Shown here piece by piece: positions 55,404 to 64,000 of a stretch of 64,000 nucleotides of DNA (positions are counted from its first letter, which is position 1; every line of letters begins with the position of its first letter). Origin of the DNA: Candidatus Micrarchaeota archaeon (GTDB lineage: Archaea > Micrarchaeota > Micrarchaeia > Anstonellales > Anstonellaceae); the NCBI GenBank assembly GCA_964392435.1, contig CAYMOY010000002.1:247261-311260 (forward strand), given 5' to 3'. A program made the translations under genes and the position numbers. The notes below the pieces were generated by a model. It did not search any database. It saw only the letters and a program-made list of their open reading frames with translations, and was not told where the DNA came from.

Positions 55404-56612
55404 TCAGCCCAGCCTCCTGGCGCATCTTTTCATGGATGAAACCAGCCTGCCAACTTCCTCTTCCGTATTGTAGAGGTAAAAGCTGGCCCTGCAGGTGGCA
55501 GCTTCCCCCAGCAATCCCATCAGCGGCTGCGCGCAGTGGTGCCCTGCCCTGATGGCTATCCCATCCTGGTTGGCAAACTCTCCCGCATCATGGGCGTGTA
55601 TTTTCCCAATATTGAATGAAAGCAGCCCAACCTCCTTTCTTCCCAGCCTATGGAATCGTATGCCTGGCACCGAAGAAAGCTCCTCCTCGCAAATCCTAGT
55701 GAGCAGATTCGAATGCGCCTCGATTTTTTTCATGCCTATGCACTTTAGGTAATTAACAGCAGCGGCAAGGCCGACTGCGCCAGCGACATTTGGAGTGCCT
55801 GCCTCGAACTTTTGCGGGGGCGCGGCAAACTCCGACCTGTCAAAGCGCACGGATTTTATCATGTCCCCTCCCCCGAAGAGGGGCGGCAGCATTTCCTGCA
55901 GCTCTTTTTTCATATACAGCACGCCTATTCCCATGGGCCCGCACATCTTGTGCCCGGAAAAGGCAAGAAAATTGCATCCCATTTTTCTCACATCTATCCC
56001 GATGTGGGGCACGGTCTGCGCAGCATCCACGCAGGAGTAAGCCCCGCTCTCCTTTGCCAATCTGCAAAGCTTTTTCGCATCATTCACCTCCCCAAGCACG
56101 TTTGAGGCGTGCGAAAACGAGAAAATCACCGGGTGTTCGCGCAGCTTGGAGGCAGTTTGTCCATAGTCCAGCGCCCCGTCTTGCATTATCGGGGCATAGT
56201 CCAGCCCCATCCTGTTTTCTTTCGCATTAATCTGCCATGGCACGATGTTGCTGTGGTGCTCCATCTGGGTGAGAAGCACGCTGCCCTTCCCCGCGCTTTT
56301 GCAGACAAGCTGTGCCACAACATTCAGCGACTCGGTGGTGTTGCGGGTGAAGATTATCTCCTCGGGCGCTGCGCCTATGAACGATGCTATTCTTGCGCGC
56401 GCCTGCTCGTAGGCAAGGGTGGATTCCTCGGACAGGCGATAGGCGCCGCGGTGCACATTGGCATTGCAGCTCTTGTAGTAATCTGCAATGGCATCTACCA
56501 CCTGCTTGGGCTTTTGCGTGGTGGCGGCATTGTCAAGGTAGGCAAGTTTTTTCCCATTCATCTTCCTGGAAAGTATCGGGAAGTCCCTGCGTATTTCCTG
56601 AACATCAAGCAC
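55404..56612 (-). CDS. sufS: Cysteine desulfurase SufS
   Basis: YLDNAATTQKP, ANVHRG, EHHSN, FSGHKM, EAGTP, RAGHHCAQP. Confidence 0.96.
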   Translation of the reverse strand: MLDVQEIRRDFPILSRKMNGKKLAYLDNAATTQKPKQVVDAIADYYKSCNANVHRGAYRLSEESTLAYEQARARIASFIGAAPEEIIFTRNTTESLNVVAQLVCKSAGKGSVLLTQMEHHSNIVPWQINAKENRMGLDYAPIMQDGALDYGQTASKLREHPVIFSFSHASNVLGEVNDAKKLCRLAKESGAYSCVDAAQTVPHIGIDVRKMGCNFLAFSGHKMCGPMGIGVLYMKKELQEMLPPLFGGGDMIKSVRFDRSEFAAPPQKFEAGTPNVAGAVGLAAAVNYLKCIGMKKIEAHSNLLTRICEEELSSVPGIRFHRLGRKEVGLLSFNIGKIHAHDAGEFANQDGIAIRAGHHCAQPLMGLLGEAATCRASFYLYNTEEEVGRLVSSMKRCARRLG

Positions 56613-56616
56613 CACA

Positions 56617-57765
56617 TCAATCCCCTCTGAACACGCTTCGCGCGCCCCTTTCAAGCTCTTTTTCCATATCTGCAAGCGCCTGCCTGCCGAGGCAGCCTTT
56701 CGCCAAAAGCTCGGTTAGGAAGCCTTGCAGCACCAGCCTCTTTGCCTCCTGCCCGCCTACGCCCCTGCTTTGCAAATAGAAAAGCTCCTCACTATCCATT
56801 GGCGCAATCGCAGAGCCGTGGCCTGCCGAAACATCGTCATTGTGCACAAAAAGCTGCGGCACAATGCGTGAAGAGGCCTGCTCTGACAAAAGCATGCTTT
56901 TTGCCAGCAAATTGGTGTCCGAGCCAGGCGCCCCACTTTCTATGTGGACACCACCACCCATCCTCACCGCGGACTTTCCGGCAGAAGCGCACTTGAAAAC
57001 AATGCGGGAATATGTGTTTTTGGCAAGGTGGAAAAGATCGGCGTCCCTTTCCAGCCTCTGGCTTTTCCTGGCAAGCGAAACCTCGTAGCGCTCGCACCTG
57101 CTCCCCTCCCCTTCCTGCAGTATCGCCTCTTCCTCCTTTCTTGCGGCTGAGCCGATGTTGCAGGAAAGAAGCCGCAGGCAGCTTGCCTTTCCCAGCCTGG
57201 CAATCAATCCAAGGGCGCTTTTGCAGCGCGCCCCATTGTTCTGCAGGCTGCCAAAATCTGCCTGCGCGCCTTCCCCAAGCACAATCGCCCTGCACTCATC
57301 CGCGCTTGCTGCAAAAGAGGTTTTCACAAAAACAGATGCTCTTGCCCTGTCAGCAAAAATGAAAAAAGAGGCGAAATACTCAGGCGGCTTCCCGGAAAGC
57401 TCAAGCGACACACTCGCCATGCCGCTGCCTCCAGCAGCAACAACAATTGCATCTGTGAAAAGGGCAAGCGAAAGGAGATAGCTGTCAGGCTCGCGCCCGG
57501 TCAACGGCTTGCCAAGCTGCTCCTGCAGGGCATTGCCCTTGGAAAGCGCCCTCTCAATTCCCACCACAGCCGCGCTGCCGCTGCAGCTCGCCCTCACGCG
57601 CATATTCCCTTTTGAAATATTGAAGCCTGAAACCTCGGCGCTTCCCCTCCTTTTTTGCAGCAGGGCAACAGCTTCCAGCCTTTTGCCAAGCAGCCACTCC
57701 GGCTCGCCTAGGAAAGAGGACGCTTTGCGCGCAGCCTGCGCCAGGGGCATTTTCCTCTCCATCAT
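56617..57765 (-). CDS. sufD: Fe-S cluster assembly protein SufD (divergent N-terminus)
   Basis: P.L....DDV.AGHG, ELFYLQSRG...EAKRLV..GF. Confidence 0.88.
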   Translation of the reverse strand: MMERKMPLAQAARKASSFLGEPEWLLGKRLEAVALLQKRRGSAEVSGFNISKGNMRVRASCSGSAAVVGIERALSKGNALQEQLGKPLTGREPDSYLLSLALFTDAIVVAAGGSGMASVSLELSGKPPEYFASFFIFADRARASVFVKTSFAASADECRAIVLGEGAQADFGSLQNNGARCKSALGLIARLGKASCLRLLSCNIGSAARKEEEAILQEGEGSRCERYEVSLARKSQRLERDADLFHLAKNTYSRIVFKCASAGKSAVRMGGGVHIESGAPGSDTNLLAKSMLLSEQASSRIVPQLFVHNDDVSAGHGSAIAPMDSEELFYLQSRGVGGQEAKRLVLQGFLTELLAKGCLGRQALADMEKELERGARSVFRGD

Positions 57766-59192
57766 CCCACCGCGCCTTCCATTTCCATCTCAACCAGCCG
57801 GTTCATCTCAACAGCGTACTCCAGGGGCAGCTCCTTAACAATCGGCTCGATGAACCCGCGCACCACCATGGCAACCGCATCATCAGGCGATATGCCCCTG
57901 CTTTGCAAGTAAAAAAGCTGCTCATCAGAAATCCTGCCAACCGAAGCTTCATGCCCGACCGTTGCGTCGCGAGTGCGTATGTCCATGGTCGGCACGGTCT
58001 CAGCCTTGGACTTTCCATCAGCCATTATGCTGTCGCAGCGCACGCTCGCCTTCGCCCCTGCGGCATTCCTTGCAACGCTGAGCATTCCCCTGTATCGCAC
58101 CACCCCCCCATCGCGGCAGATGCTTTTGCTGATTATCCTGCTGCTGGTGCTTGGCGCCAGGTGGAATACCTTCGCCCCAGTGTCTTTCACCTGTCCGGCC
58201 CCTGCAAGGGCAACGCTCAAATGCTCGGCGCGCGCCCCTCTACCGGCAAGCACGCTGCATGGGTAAAGCATGGTGACCCCCGAGCCCAGCGTGCCGCCCA
58301 CCCATTCCATCACCGCGTTCTCCCCGACAATTGCGCGCTTGGTATTCAGATTGTAGACGTTCCTGCTCCAGTTCTGTATCGAGGTGTAGCGCACGCGGCT
58401 GCCTTTCCCTGCGAATATTTCCACCACTGCAGAATGCAGCGAGTTTTTGGTGTAATGCGGGGCAGAACAGCCTTCGATATACTGCACCTGGCTCCCTTCT
58501 TCGGCAATGATGAGCGTGTGCTCGAACTGCCCAAATCCCGGATAATTCATCATGAAGTAAATCTGCAGCGGAGAGGGCACCTTCACGCCCCGCGGCACGT
58601 GGACAAAGCTTCCCCCAGACCAAAAAGCGCCGTGCAGCGCGGAAAATTTGTTGTCTGAGGCAGGAACGCAACGCGTCATGAAGTATTTCCGAACAATCTC
58701 CGGATATTCGCGCACCGCGCTGTCCATGTCTGTGAATACGACTCCAATCTCAGTTAGGTTGCGCCGCAGGCTCTTGTAAAGCACCTCGGAATCGTACTGC
58801 GCGGAGGCGCCAGCCAGGAATTTCCGCTCTGCCTCTGGCACGCCCAGCCTGTCAAAAATGCTCTTTATTTCCTGGGGCACCTCTTCCCAGCTGTTTGCCT
58901 GCGTGCCGTTTTCTTTCCCTTTTGGCCTGACAAAGCCCACAAGCGCGCCAAAGTCCAGCCCGGACAGGTTTGGTCCCCAGGAAGGCATCGGTTTTTTCTG
59001 GAAAATTTCAAATGACCGTATCCTGTGCTGCCGCATCCAGTCCGGCTCGCCTTTCAAATCGGAAATCTCCTTCACAATGTCCAGCGTCAGCCCCGGATGG
59101 CGCGCCTTGTAACCGACATGGAGCCCTTTTCCTTTTGGCTCGGGCTGGAGAAGAGCATCCCTTCCATAGTCCCTGCCCACACTCCTGCCCAT
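57762..59192 (-). CDS. sufB: Fe-S cluster assembly protein SufB
   Basis: AQYDSE, WSGGSF, GQFEHTLI, YIEGCSAP, HEAS, FYLQSRG, LPLEYAVE. Confidence 0.96.
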   Translation of the reverse strand: MGRSVGRDYGRDALLQPEPKGKGLHVGYKARHPGLTLDIVKEISDLKGEPDWMRQHRIRSFEIFQKKPMPSWGPNLSGLDFGALVGFVRPKGKENGTQANSWEEVPQEIKSIFDRLGVPEAERKFLAGASAQYDSEVLYKSLRRNLTEIGVVFTDMDSAVREYPEIVRKYFMTRCVPASDNKFSALHGAFWSGGSFVHVPRGVKVPSPLQIYFMMNYPGFGQFEHTLIIAEEGSQVQYIEGCSAPHYTKNSLHSAVVEIFAGKGSRVRYTSIQNWSRNVYNLNTKRAIVGENAVMEWVGGTLGSGVTMLYPCSVLAGRGARAEHLSVALAGAGQVKDTGAKVFHLAPSTSSRIISKSICRDGGVVRYRGMLSVARNAAGAKASVRCDSIMADGKSKAETVPTMDIRTRDATVGHEASVGRISDEQLFYLQSRGISPDDAVAMVVRGFIEPIVKELPLEYAVEMNRLVEMEMEGAVG

Positions 59193-59201
59193 GGCACCGA
59201 C

Positions 59202-59942
59202 CTATTGCACGCTCCGATAAGCCCACTCATAGCCGTCTTTTTCCAGCTTGTGCGCCAGCCTCTCATCCCCTGAAAGGATGATTTTCCCGTCGCGCATCAC
59301 ATGCACTGCATCCGCCCTTATGCCGCGCAGTATTCTGGCATAGTGCGTCACAATCACAAGCGCAGTGTCCTTTTTCCTAATCCTGCCAAGCATTTCTGAA
59401 ATCTTGGAAAGCGCGTCCACGTCCAGGCCCGAGTCCAGCTCGTCCAGCAGGGCAACGCGCGGCTCAAGGAGGGCAAGCTGCAGTATTTCGCTGCGCTTTT
59501 TCTCCCCGCCGGAAAAGCCCTCATTAACGCCTCTGGCGGCAAAGCCCTTTTCCATCCCGAGCATCCGCATTTTTGCATCCAGCACTTTCTCAAACTCAAG
59601 AACAGATATTTCCCTCCCGAACCGCGCGGCATAAGCCCTTCTCAGGAAAGAGGAAAGCGGCACGCCGGGCACCTCGCTTGGTGACTGAAACGCCATGAAC
59701 AGCCCGGCGCGCGCCCGCTCATGCGGTTTCATGGAAAGCAGATTTGCGCCATCAAGCATTGCCGAGCCAGAAACAGAATACCTCGGGTGCCCTGCGAGGG
59801 CTGAAAGAAAGGTGGATTTGCCAGAGCCGTTCTGCCCCATTATGACGTGCACTTGCCCGGGCTTGAGGCTAAGCGAAACCCCCCGCACGATTTCCTTTCC
59901 CCCAACTGACGCCCTCAGGCCCTCAACCTCGAAAAAAGCCAT
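59202..59942 (-). CDS. sufC: Fe-S cluster assembly ATPase SufC
   Basis: MGQNGSGKST, F.AFQ.P.EVPG, NEGFSGGEKKR, LDELDSGLDVD, THY. Confidence 0.96.
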   Translation of the reverse strand: MAFFEVEGLRASVGGKEIVRGVSLSLKPGQVHVIMGQNGSGKSTFLSALAGHPRYSVSGSAMLDGANLLSMKPHERARAGLFMAFQSPSEVPGVPLSSFLRRAYAARFGREISVLEFEKVLDAKMRMLGMEKGFAARGVNEGFSGGEKKRSEILQLALLEPRVALLDELDSGLDVDALSKISEMLGRIRKKDTALVIVTHYARILRGIRADAVHVMRDGKIILSGDERLAHKLEKDGYEWAYRSVQ

Positions 59943-59946
59943 CAAA

Positions 59947-60285
59947 TCACGCCTTTTTTCCAGCGCAGACCAGGCAGGGGTCATCACCGGAGTTTTCAGT
60001 GCCCTTGGCAAGCGAGATTATTTTCGCTATTTCCAGGTTGAGCGCCTTGCCCTTCACTTTCCCGCCTGCAATCCTGCTTGCAAGTTTGCAGCACGCCTCC
60101 CTTGCGCTGCTGCGTATCCTCGCCCCCCCTCGTTTTCCCGTTATGTATTGCGAAACAGCGGCAGGGGTGGTGCCCAGCACCGAGGCTATTTCGTTTCTGC
60201 TGGCGCCTGACTTTTCCAGGCAAACGGCAAGCTCCCGCGATATTGCTGGCAATATCCTCCAATGCACCTCTGAGCAGGGCAACAC
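59947..60285 (-). CDS. Cys-rich HTH transcriptional regulator heading the suf operon
   Basis: LPC......LPAI..ELA..L...EIA..LGTTPAAVSQY..GKRG; C-terminal CLVC. Confidence 0.8.
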   Translation of the reverse strand: MLPCSEVHWRILPAISRELAVCLEKSGASRNEIASVLGTTPAAVSQYITGKRGGARIRSSAREACCKLASRIAGGKVKGKALNLEIAKIISLAKGTENSGDDPCLVCAGKKA

Positions 60286-60301
60286 GGCATCACCAAGTCA
60301 A

Positions 60302-60334
60302 TAACAATTGTTAATGCTTAAATAACAATCGTTA
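60302..60334. promoter_or_regulatory. Twin palindromic operator flanking the suf operon TATA box
   Basis: TAACAATTGTTA (60302-60313) and TAACAATCGTTA (60323-60334), 21 bp apart, on either side of minus-strand TTTAAG. Confidence 0.7.
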
Positions 60335-60339
60335 AATTT

Positions 60340-60984
60340 CTACTTAAAAACCTTCCCGGTCTCCTCTGCCCAAAAAAGAAGGTCCAGGCGCGCCATGGGT
60401 ATGCCAATCTTGCGGCAGAAGGAGGACATCCGTTTTTCTATATGGGCATATCTTTTCGGAGTCAGGCTTTTCGGGCTCTTCCCAATCGCGCCGTATCTCG
60501 CCAAATTCCTGAGTATGTGCCGGTCAAGTATGGCAACCGTCTCCCCCCTGCCGACATTGCGCATATAATGGCTGGCTTCCTTCCATCCAATGCCCTTCAC
60601 TGATTTCAAAAGCGCCTCCCTTGCCATCCTTTCGCTTCCTGTGAAAGTAATGGCAGATAGGCGCCTGAAGCCGCCCGGTGAGAATTTTTCCCTCGCCTCC
60701 ACAATATATTTCGCCTTGTTGTTGTGGAAACGAGATTTTCCGCGCAGGACGGAAGCAATCCGGGCTACGCTCCCCCTGTAGAGCAATCCTGCCCCTTTCA
60801 GCTCCCGCACCGCCTCATCGCAGGAAAAAGCCTTGCTTTGCGGGGTGAGTATGCAAAAGACAAGCTCCTCGAAAAGCGCTTGCGGCCCCGAAAGACCGAC
60901 TTTTTTGAAATGGAGGAGGCGGGCTTCTATCTCCTTCTCCCTTGCACGGTATTTTGCAACCAATTCCTTCTTTGCGCCCTTCAT
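60340..60984 (-). CDS. ogg: 8-oxoguanine DNA glycosylase/AP lyase (Ogg2 type)
   Basis: LFEELVFCILTPQS, RFHNNKAKYI, VKGIG.KEASH..RNVG, AILDRHILR, LDL..W..ETG.VFK. Confidence 0.92.
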   Translation of the reverse strand: MKGAKKELVAKYRAREKEIEARLLHFKKVGLSGPQALFEELVFCILTPQSKAFSCDEAVRELKGAGLLYRGSVARIASVLRGKSRFHNNKAKYIVEAREKFSPGGFRRLSAITFTGSERMAREALLKSVKGIGWKEASHYMRNVGRGETVAILDRHILRNLARYGAIGKSPKSLTPKRYAHIEKRMSSFCRKIGIPMARLDLLFWAEETGKVFK

Positions 60985-60988
60985 CTTC

Positions 60989-61525
60989 TCACAGCTTCCC
61001 CTCCAGCTCTCCATGCCCTGGGCACAAGAGCCGGTATGGGATTTCTTCTATGGCCTTGAGGCTTGCGGCAAGCTCTTGCGCATCCCCGCCCAAATCGGTC
61101 CTTCCAACGCCCTTTCCGGCGAATTTGGTGTCACCTGAAAACAATAGCCCGGTTGTCCGGTCAAACACGCAAATGCTGCCCTCAGTGTGCCCTGGCGTGT
61201 GGAAAAAATCAATTCTGTGCGAGCCGAATTCCATGGCTGCCATTGGGTTTGGCTTGGCGTTTTCAGGTATGCTCACATACGGGCCCTTAAAATCAAATTC
61301 AGCCGGGTGCAAAAGAACCTGCCCCCAATCCGGTTTCACCCCCCTCGTGTGGTCAAAATGCCCGTGCGTCAGCAAGCAGATATCCGGTGCAAAATCAAGG
61401 GGGGCGATGCCATCGCCAGCGTCGACAATCAGCCGTTTGCCCCCCTCCTCAATCATGTAAACTGTGCCGCATACCCTTTCATCCAGTCTCAGCATTGAGG
61501 TGTGCTTGGCTATTTGCTTAAACAT
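60989..61525 (-). CDS. MBL-fold metallo-hydrolase (glyoxalase II-like)
   Basis: VDAG, THGHFDH, TPGHT.GS, FSGD, GRTD, PGHG. Confidence 0.88.
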   Translation of the reverse strand: MFKQIAKHTSMLRLDERVCGTVYMIEEGGKRLIVDAGDGIAPLDFAPDICLLTHGHFDHTRGVKPDWGQVLLHPAEFDFKGPYVSIPENAKPNPMAAMEFGSHRIDFFHTPGHTEGSICVFDRTTGLLFSGDTKFAGKGVGRTDLGGDAQELAASLKAIEEIPYRLLCPGHGELEGKL

Positions 61526-61546
61526 GGTGCGCACCAGCTTGGGAGG

Positions 61547-62320
61547 CTATTCGCCCCCTCTTATAGAGAACTTCCCTGATGGAAGAGCCAAAAGCAGCTC
61601 GTCAGTCCCTGTTTTCAGAATACCAGCTATTTTCTTCGCCGCCTTCCCCTTGTCAAAATTCCCCGGGGTGATGAAAACCGGCAGCTTTTCCGCCTTGGGG
61701 TGGCAGGCTGGCAAGCAGATTACAACGCCATTCTCCATGCCAATGGCAAGCTTCAGCTGGGTTGCCCGAAACCAGCTGCGCGCTCCTTCTATGGCAAAGC
61801 CCCCAGCGCCGACATAGCCACCCTGCGCATGTTTGGACAGCTGCCCCTTGTAAACAGCATAAACATCAACAGCAGCCGCGCCCACTTTCCAGGCTGATGA
61901 GTGCGATGCCGCGAACTGCGCCGCCTCTTTTTTTTCCTGCTCAGTCGCAGCCTTCCCTCCGGTTAAAATTGTGGCAGGCGCGCCTTGTATGTCTGCATGG
62001 AAGAACAAGTCATCCTCTTTCATAAAGGATGATGATAAGGAATCGTTCTGCCTGGCGTCCCTGCCCGCCAGGACAAGCCTGTTTTCTGATGTGTGGAACC
62101 ATCGGTATTTCTCATACCACTCCTTCATGCGTTTCATGCGCGCAGGGGCGTTTCTGGCGCTGGCCTCCTTGTGCGCATTCGCTGCGCCCTCCATCTCCCG
62201 CAAGGTTTCCTCAATCGCCTTTTTCGCGCCCTCCTCTTTTTTGGCAAGCTCCTTTGCCAGCTGGTAAAAGGAGGATGCATTTTCCTGCGCACTCTTGCGG
62301 ATGTCCAGCCTGATTTTCAT
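61547..62320 (-). CDS. NFACT-R domain protein (C-terminal half of Rqc2/NEMF)
   Basis: LDIRKSAQENA..FY...K, EWYEKYRWF, GRDA.QN, FHADIQGA, AA.HSSAW, G.F.I.G. Confidence 0.85.
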   Translation of the reverse strand: MKIRLDIRKSAQENASSFYQLAKELAKKEEGAKKAIEETLREMEGAANAHKEASARNAPARMKRMKEWYEKYRWFHTSENRLVLAGRDARQNDSLSSSFMKEDDLFFHADIQGAPATILTGGKAATEQEKKEAAQFAASHSSAWKVGAAAVDVYAVYKGQLSKHAQGGYVGAGGFAIEGARSWFRATQLKLAIGMENGVVICLPACHPKAEKLPVFITPGNFDKGKAAKKIAGILKTGTDELLLALPSGKFSIRGGE

Positions 62321-62382
62321 GCACTAACCTCAATCCCTACAGTTTAAAAAGTGTTTTCGCCAATCTTAGGTGTGGTGCGGAA

Positions 62383-62718
62383 ATGATTGCTCAGCGGGCT
62401 TACTACACAATCGCGTTCATGTTGCTCTTCTTCGGGCTAATCTTTGCGACAGCCACGCCTACGGACAAGCTGAAAGTGGCTCTTAAGGAGCTGTGTGTTG
62501 GCTTGCGCAACCTGGTGCCGATAGCCGCAATGCTCATGGTGCTTCTCGCCGCGGTCATCTATGCGACCGGGCAGATGATGGGGGCAGAGACCAGGGCTCG
62601 CGCGAACGTCTGGGCCACTTCCTGTCTGACCGGCGCCCTTATCGGGATAATAATCGCTTCCGTGGCGCCAGCAGTGCTCGGGCTAATGGCTCCACCAAAC
62701 ACCACCATAGAGTGCTGA
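62383..62718 (+). CDS. Pilin-like small membrane protein (TrbC/VirB2-like candidate)
   Basis: Signal-peptide-like N-terminus, amphipathic helix, two TM helices linked by GQMMGAETRARA; own TTTAAA box and T-tract terminator. Confidence 0.6.
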   Translation: MIAQRAYYTIAFMLLFFGLIFATATPTDKLKVALKELCVGLRNLVPIAAMLMVLLAAVIYATGQMMGAETRARANVWATSCLTGALIGIIIASVAPAVLGLMAPPNTTIEC

Positions 62719-62776
62719 CCAAAGAGCCTGATTTCTTTCTTGCCTATTTTTAAATTTTGAACAAGATGCCTATTGC

Positions 62777-64000
62777 ATGGACTCCGCTCTAGCCGTGGGC
62801 ATAAGCATAACCGTGATAATGCTGTCCGCCCTGGTTTTTGAGCGCTTCAAGCTCCCGCTAATACTCGGTGTGCTTCTCGCAGGGATAATAATCGGCCCAT
62901 ACTCCCCGCTTGCCGGCTTGGATGTGCTTGGCTTCCAGTTCAAGAACATAATCATATCCGACCCCTCAATTGTCGAGGTTTTTGCAGTTTTGGGCTCAGC
63001 CCTCATACTTTTCGGGATAGGGCTGGAATTTTCAGTGGTCAAGCTCACCCAGATAGGCGCATTCACCTTCCTTGCCGCAGCGATAAAGACAGGTATAATC
63101 TATCTGGTCGGGAATGCCGCCTTGCTGCTTCTGGGCTTCCCAGCGCCGACCTCCGCGCTGGTGGCAGTCGCGCTCTCTTTCTCATCCACCCCGATAATAA
63201 TCAAGCTGCTGGAGTCCTCGGGAAAAATCCGCAGGCCAGAAGTGCCATTCATAATCTCAATACTGATAATCGAGGATCTGCTCGCGGTTTTCTTCCTGGG
63301 GCTCATTTCCCATCCTTCTGCAAGCGTGAACGAATACGCATTCGCCATCTCGCTGGTCCGGGTGGTGCTGACATTCATATTCACCTATCTTGTGCTTTCC
63401 AGGATAATCTCCCGCTTCCTATCCCTGATTTCGCACTCTGACGAGCTTCTGATACTCGGGACTGTCAGCCTGGTGCTGGGCATAGGGTATCTGTCAGAGG
63501 CTATCGGGCTTTCATTCTCGGTCGGGGCATTTTTGGCGGGGAGCACCATCGCTGGCTCTTTCGAATCCCGCAAGATAGAGGAGAAGATACGGCCGTTCAA
63601 CTCCCTGTTCGCTTCGTTCTTCTTTTTTTCGATAGGCTTGCTTGTCAGCGTGAATGCAGTTTTTTCCAACCCAGTGCTGCTTTTCCTTTTCATAATAGTC
63701 ATCATCCCAGTGATTTTCATCTCATCTGGCATTTCGGCATATTTTGCCGGATTTGCCGGTCGGAACTCATGTTTTTGCGCAGCAGCCTCCCTTCCGCTAT
63801 CCGAACTTTCCCTCCTCATCTTGAGCCAAGGCATGGTCTCAGGCATCGTGGCATCCGAGTTTCTCGGCAGCTTTGCATTCGCAATAATCGTTTCCACATT
63901 CATGTCTGCATGGCTTCTGAACAGGGAAAACGAGACATACAATTTCCTGCTAATCTCGTGCCCAGAGCTGGTTGTCAAGAATATGCGCTTCCTGCGCGCG
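62777..64000 (+). CDS. Cation:proton antiporter (CPA2/KefB family; runs off window end)
   Basis: Manual translation MDSALAVG...FKLPLILGVLLAGIIIGP...LILFGIGLEFS...SSTPII.KLL...LIIED...GAFLAG. Confidence 0.9.
   Translation, partial: MDSALAVGISITVIMLSALVFERFKLPLILGVLLAGIIIGPYSPLAGLDVLGFQFKNIIISDPSIVEVFAVLGSALILFGIGLEFSVVKLTQIGAFTFLAAAIKTGIIYLVGNAALLLLGFPAPTSALVAVALSFSSTPIIIKLLESSGKIRRPEVPFIISILIIEDLLAVFFLGLISHPSASVNEYAFAISLVRVVLTFIFTYLVLSRIISRFLSLISHSDELLILGTVSLVLGIGYLSEAIGLSFSVGAFLAGSTIAGSFESRKIEEKIRPFNSLFASFFFFSIGLLVSVNAVFSNPVLLFLFIIVIIPVIFISSGISAYFAGFAGRNSCFCAAASLPLSELSLLILSQGMVSGIVASEFLGSFAFAIIVSTFMSAWLLNRENETYNFLLISCPELVVKNMRFLRA

Noticed and set aside
62770..63978. Minus-strand ORFs 62770..63066, 63100..63384 and 63385..63978
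   Set aside because: Antisense to the CPA2 antiporter, which is open on the plus strand to the window end.
1..64000. CRISPR array, cas genes, transposases, rRNA, alternative genetic code
   Set aside because: No regularly spaced repeats or such motifs were seen; conserved genes are intact under the standard code and use all three stop codons.

Overview
Gene-dense core chromosomal segment of an archaeon, most consistent with a DPANN lineage, probably Micrarchaeota (inferred from gene content and protein style, not from a database search). It encodes replication and repair genes (rfcL, polB, cdc6, RecJ-like, AlkD, Ogg, EndoIV-like), transcription genes (tfe, rpoE', spt4) and translation genes (gatDE, srp54, eS26, Pus10, aTrm56, TrmJ, TsaC, tRNA-Lys with intron, tRNA-iMet). 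It also carries cell-division genes (sepF, PRC-barrel), archaeal lipid enzymes (GGPP and GGGP synthases, GGR-family pair), pyrBI, nadX, a K+-independent H+-PPase, a bacterial-type GAPDH and a regulator-led sufCBDSU operon. I saw no transposase, integrase, CRISPR array or rRNA. Best leads: (i) an AT-rich island at 5126-5283 flanked by inverted ORB-like motifs (candidate oriC); (ii) dispersed components resembling a conjugation-like/Ced DNA-transfer apparatus (VirB2-like pilin, VirB6/CedA-like protein) plus an orphan secretion ATPase and prepilin peptidase; (iii) two candidate chromatin proteins flanking srp54 (Cc1-like, and a triple excisionase-type HTH); (iv) several unexplained structured intergenic elements; (v) a twin palindromic operator upstream of the suf operon. 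All family assignments are from motif recognition by eye. Several start codons were re-picked relative to the ORF track.
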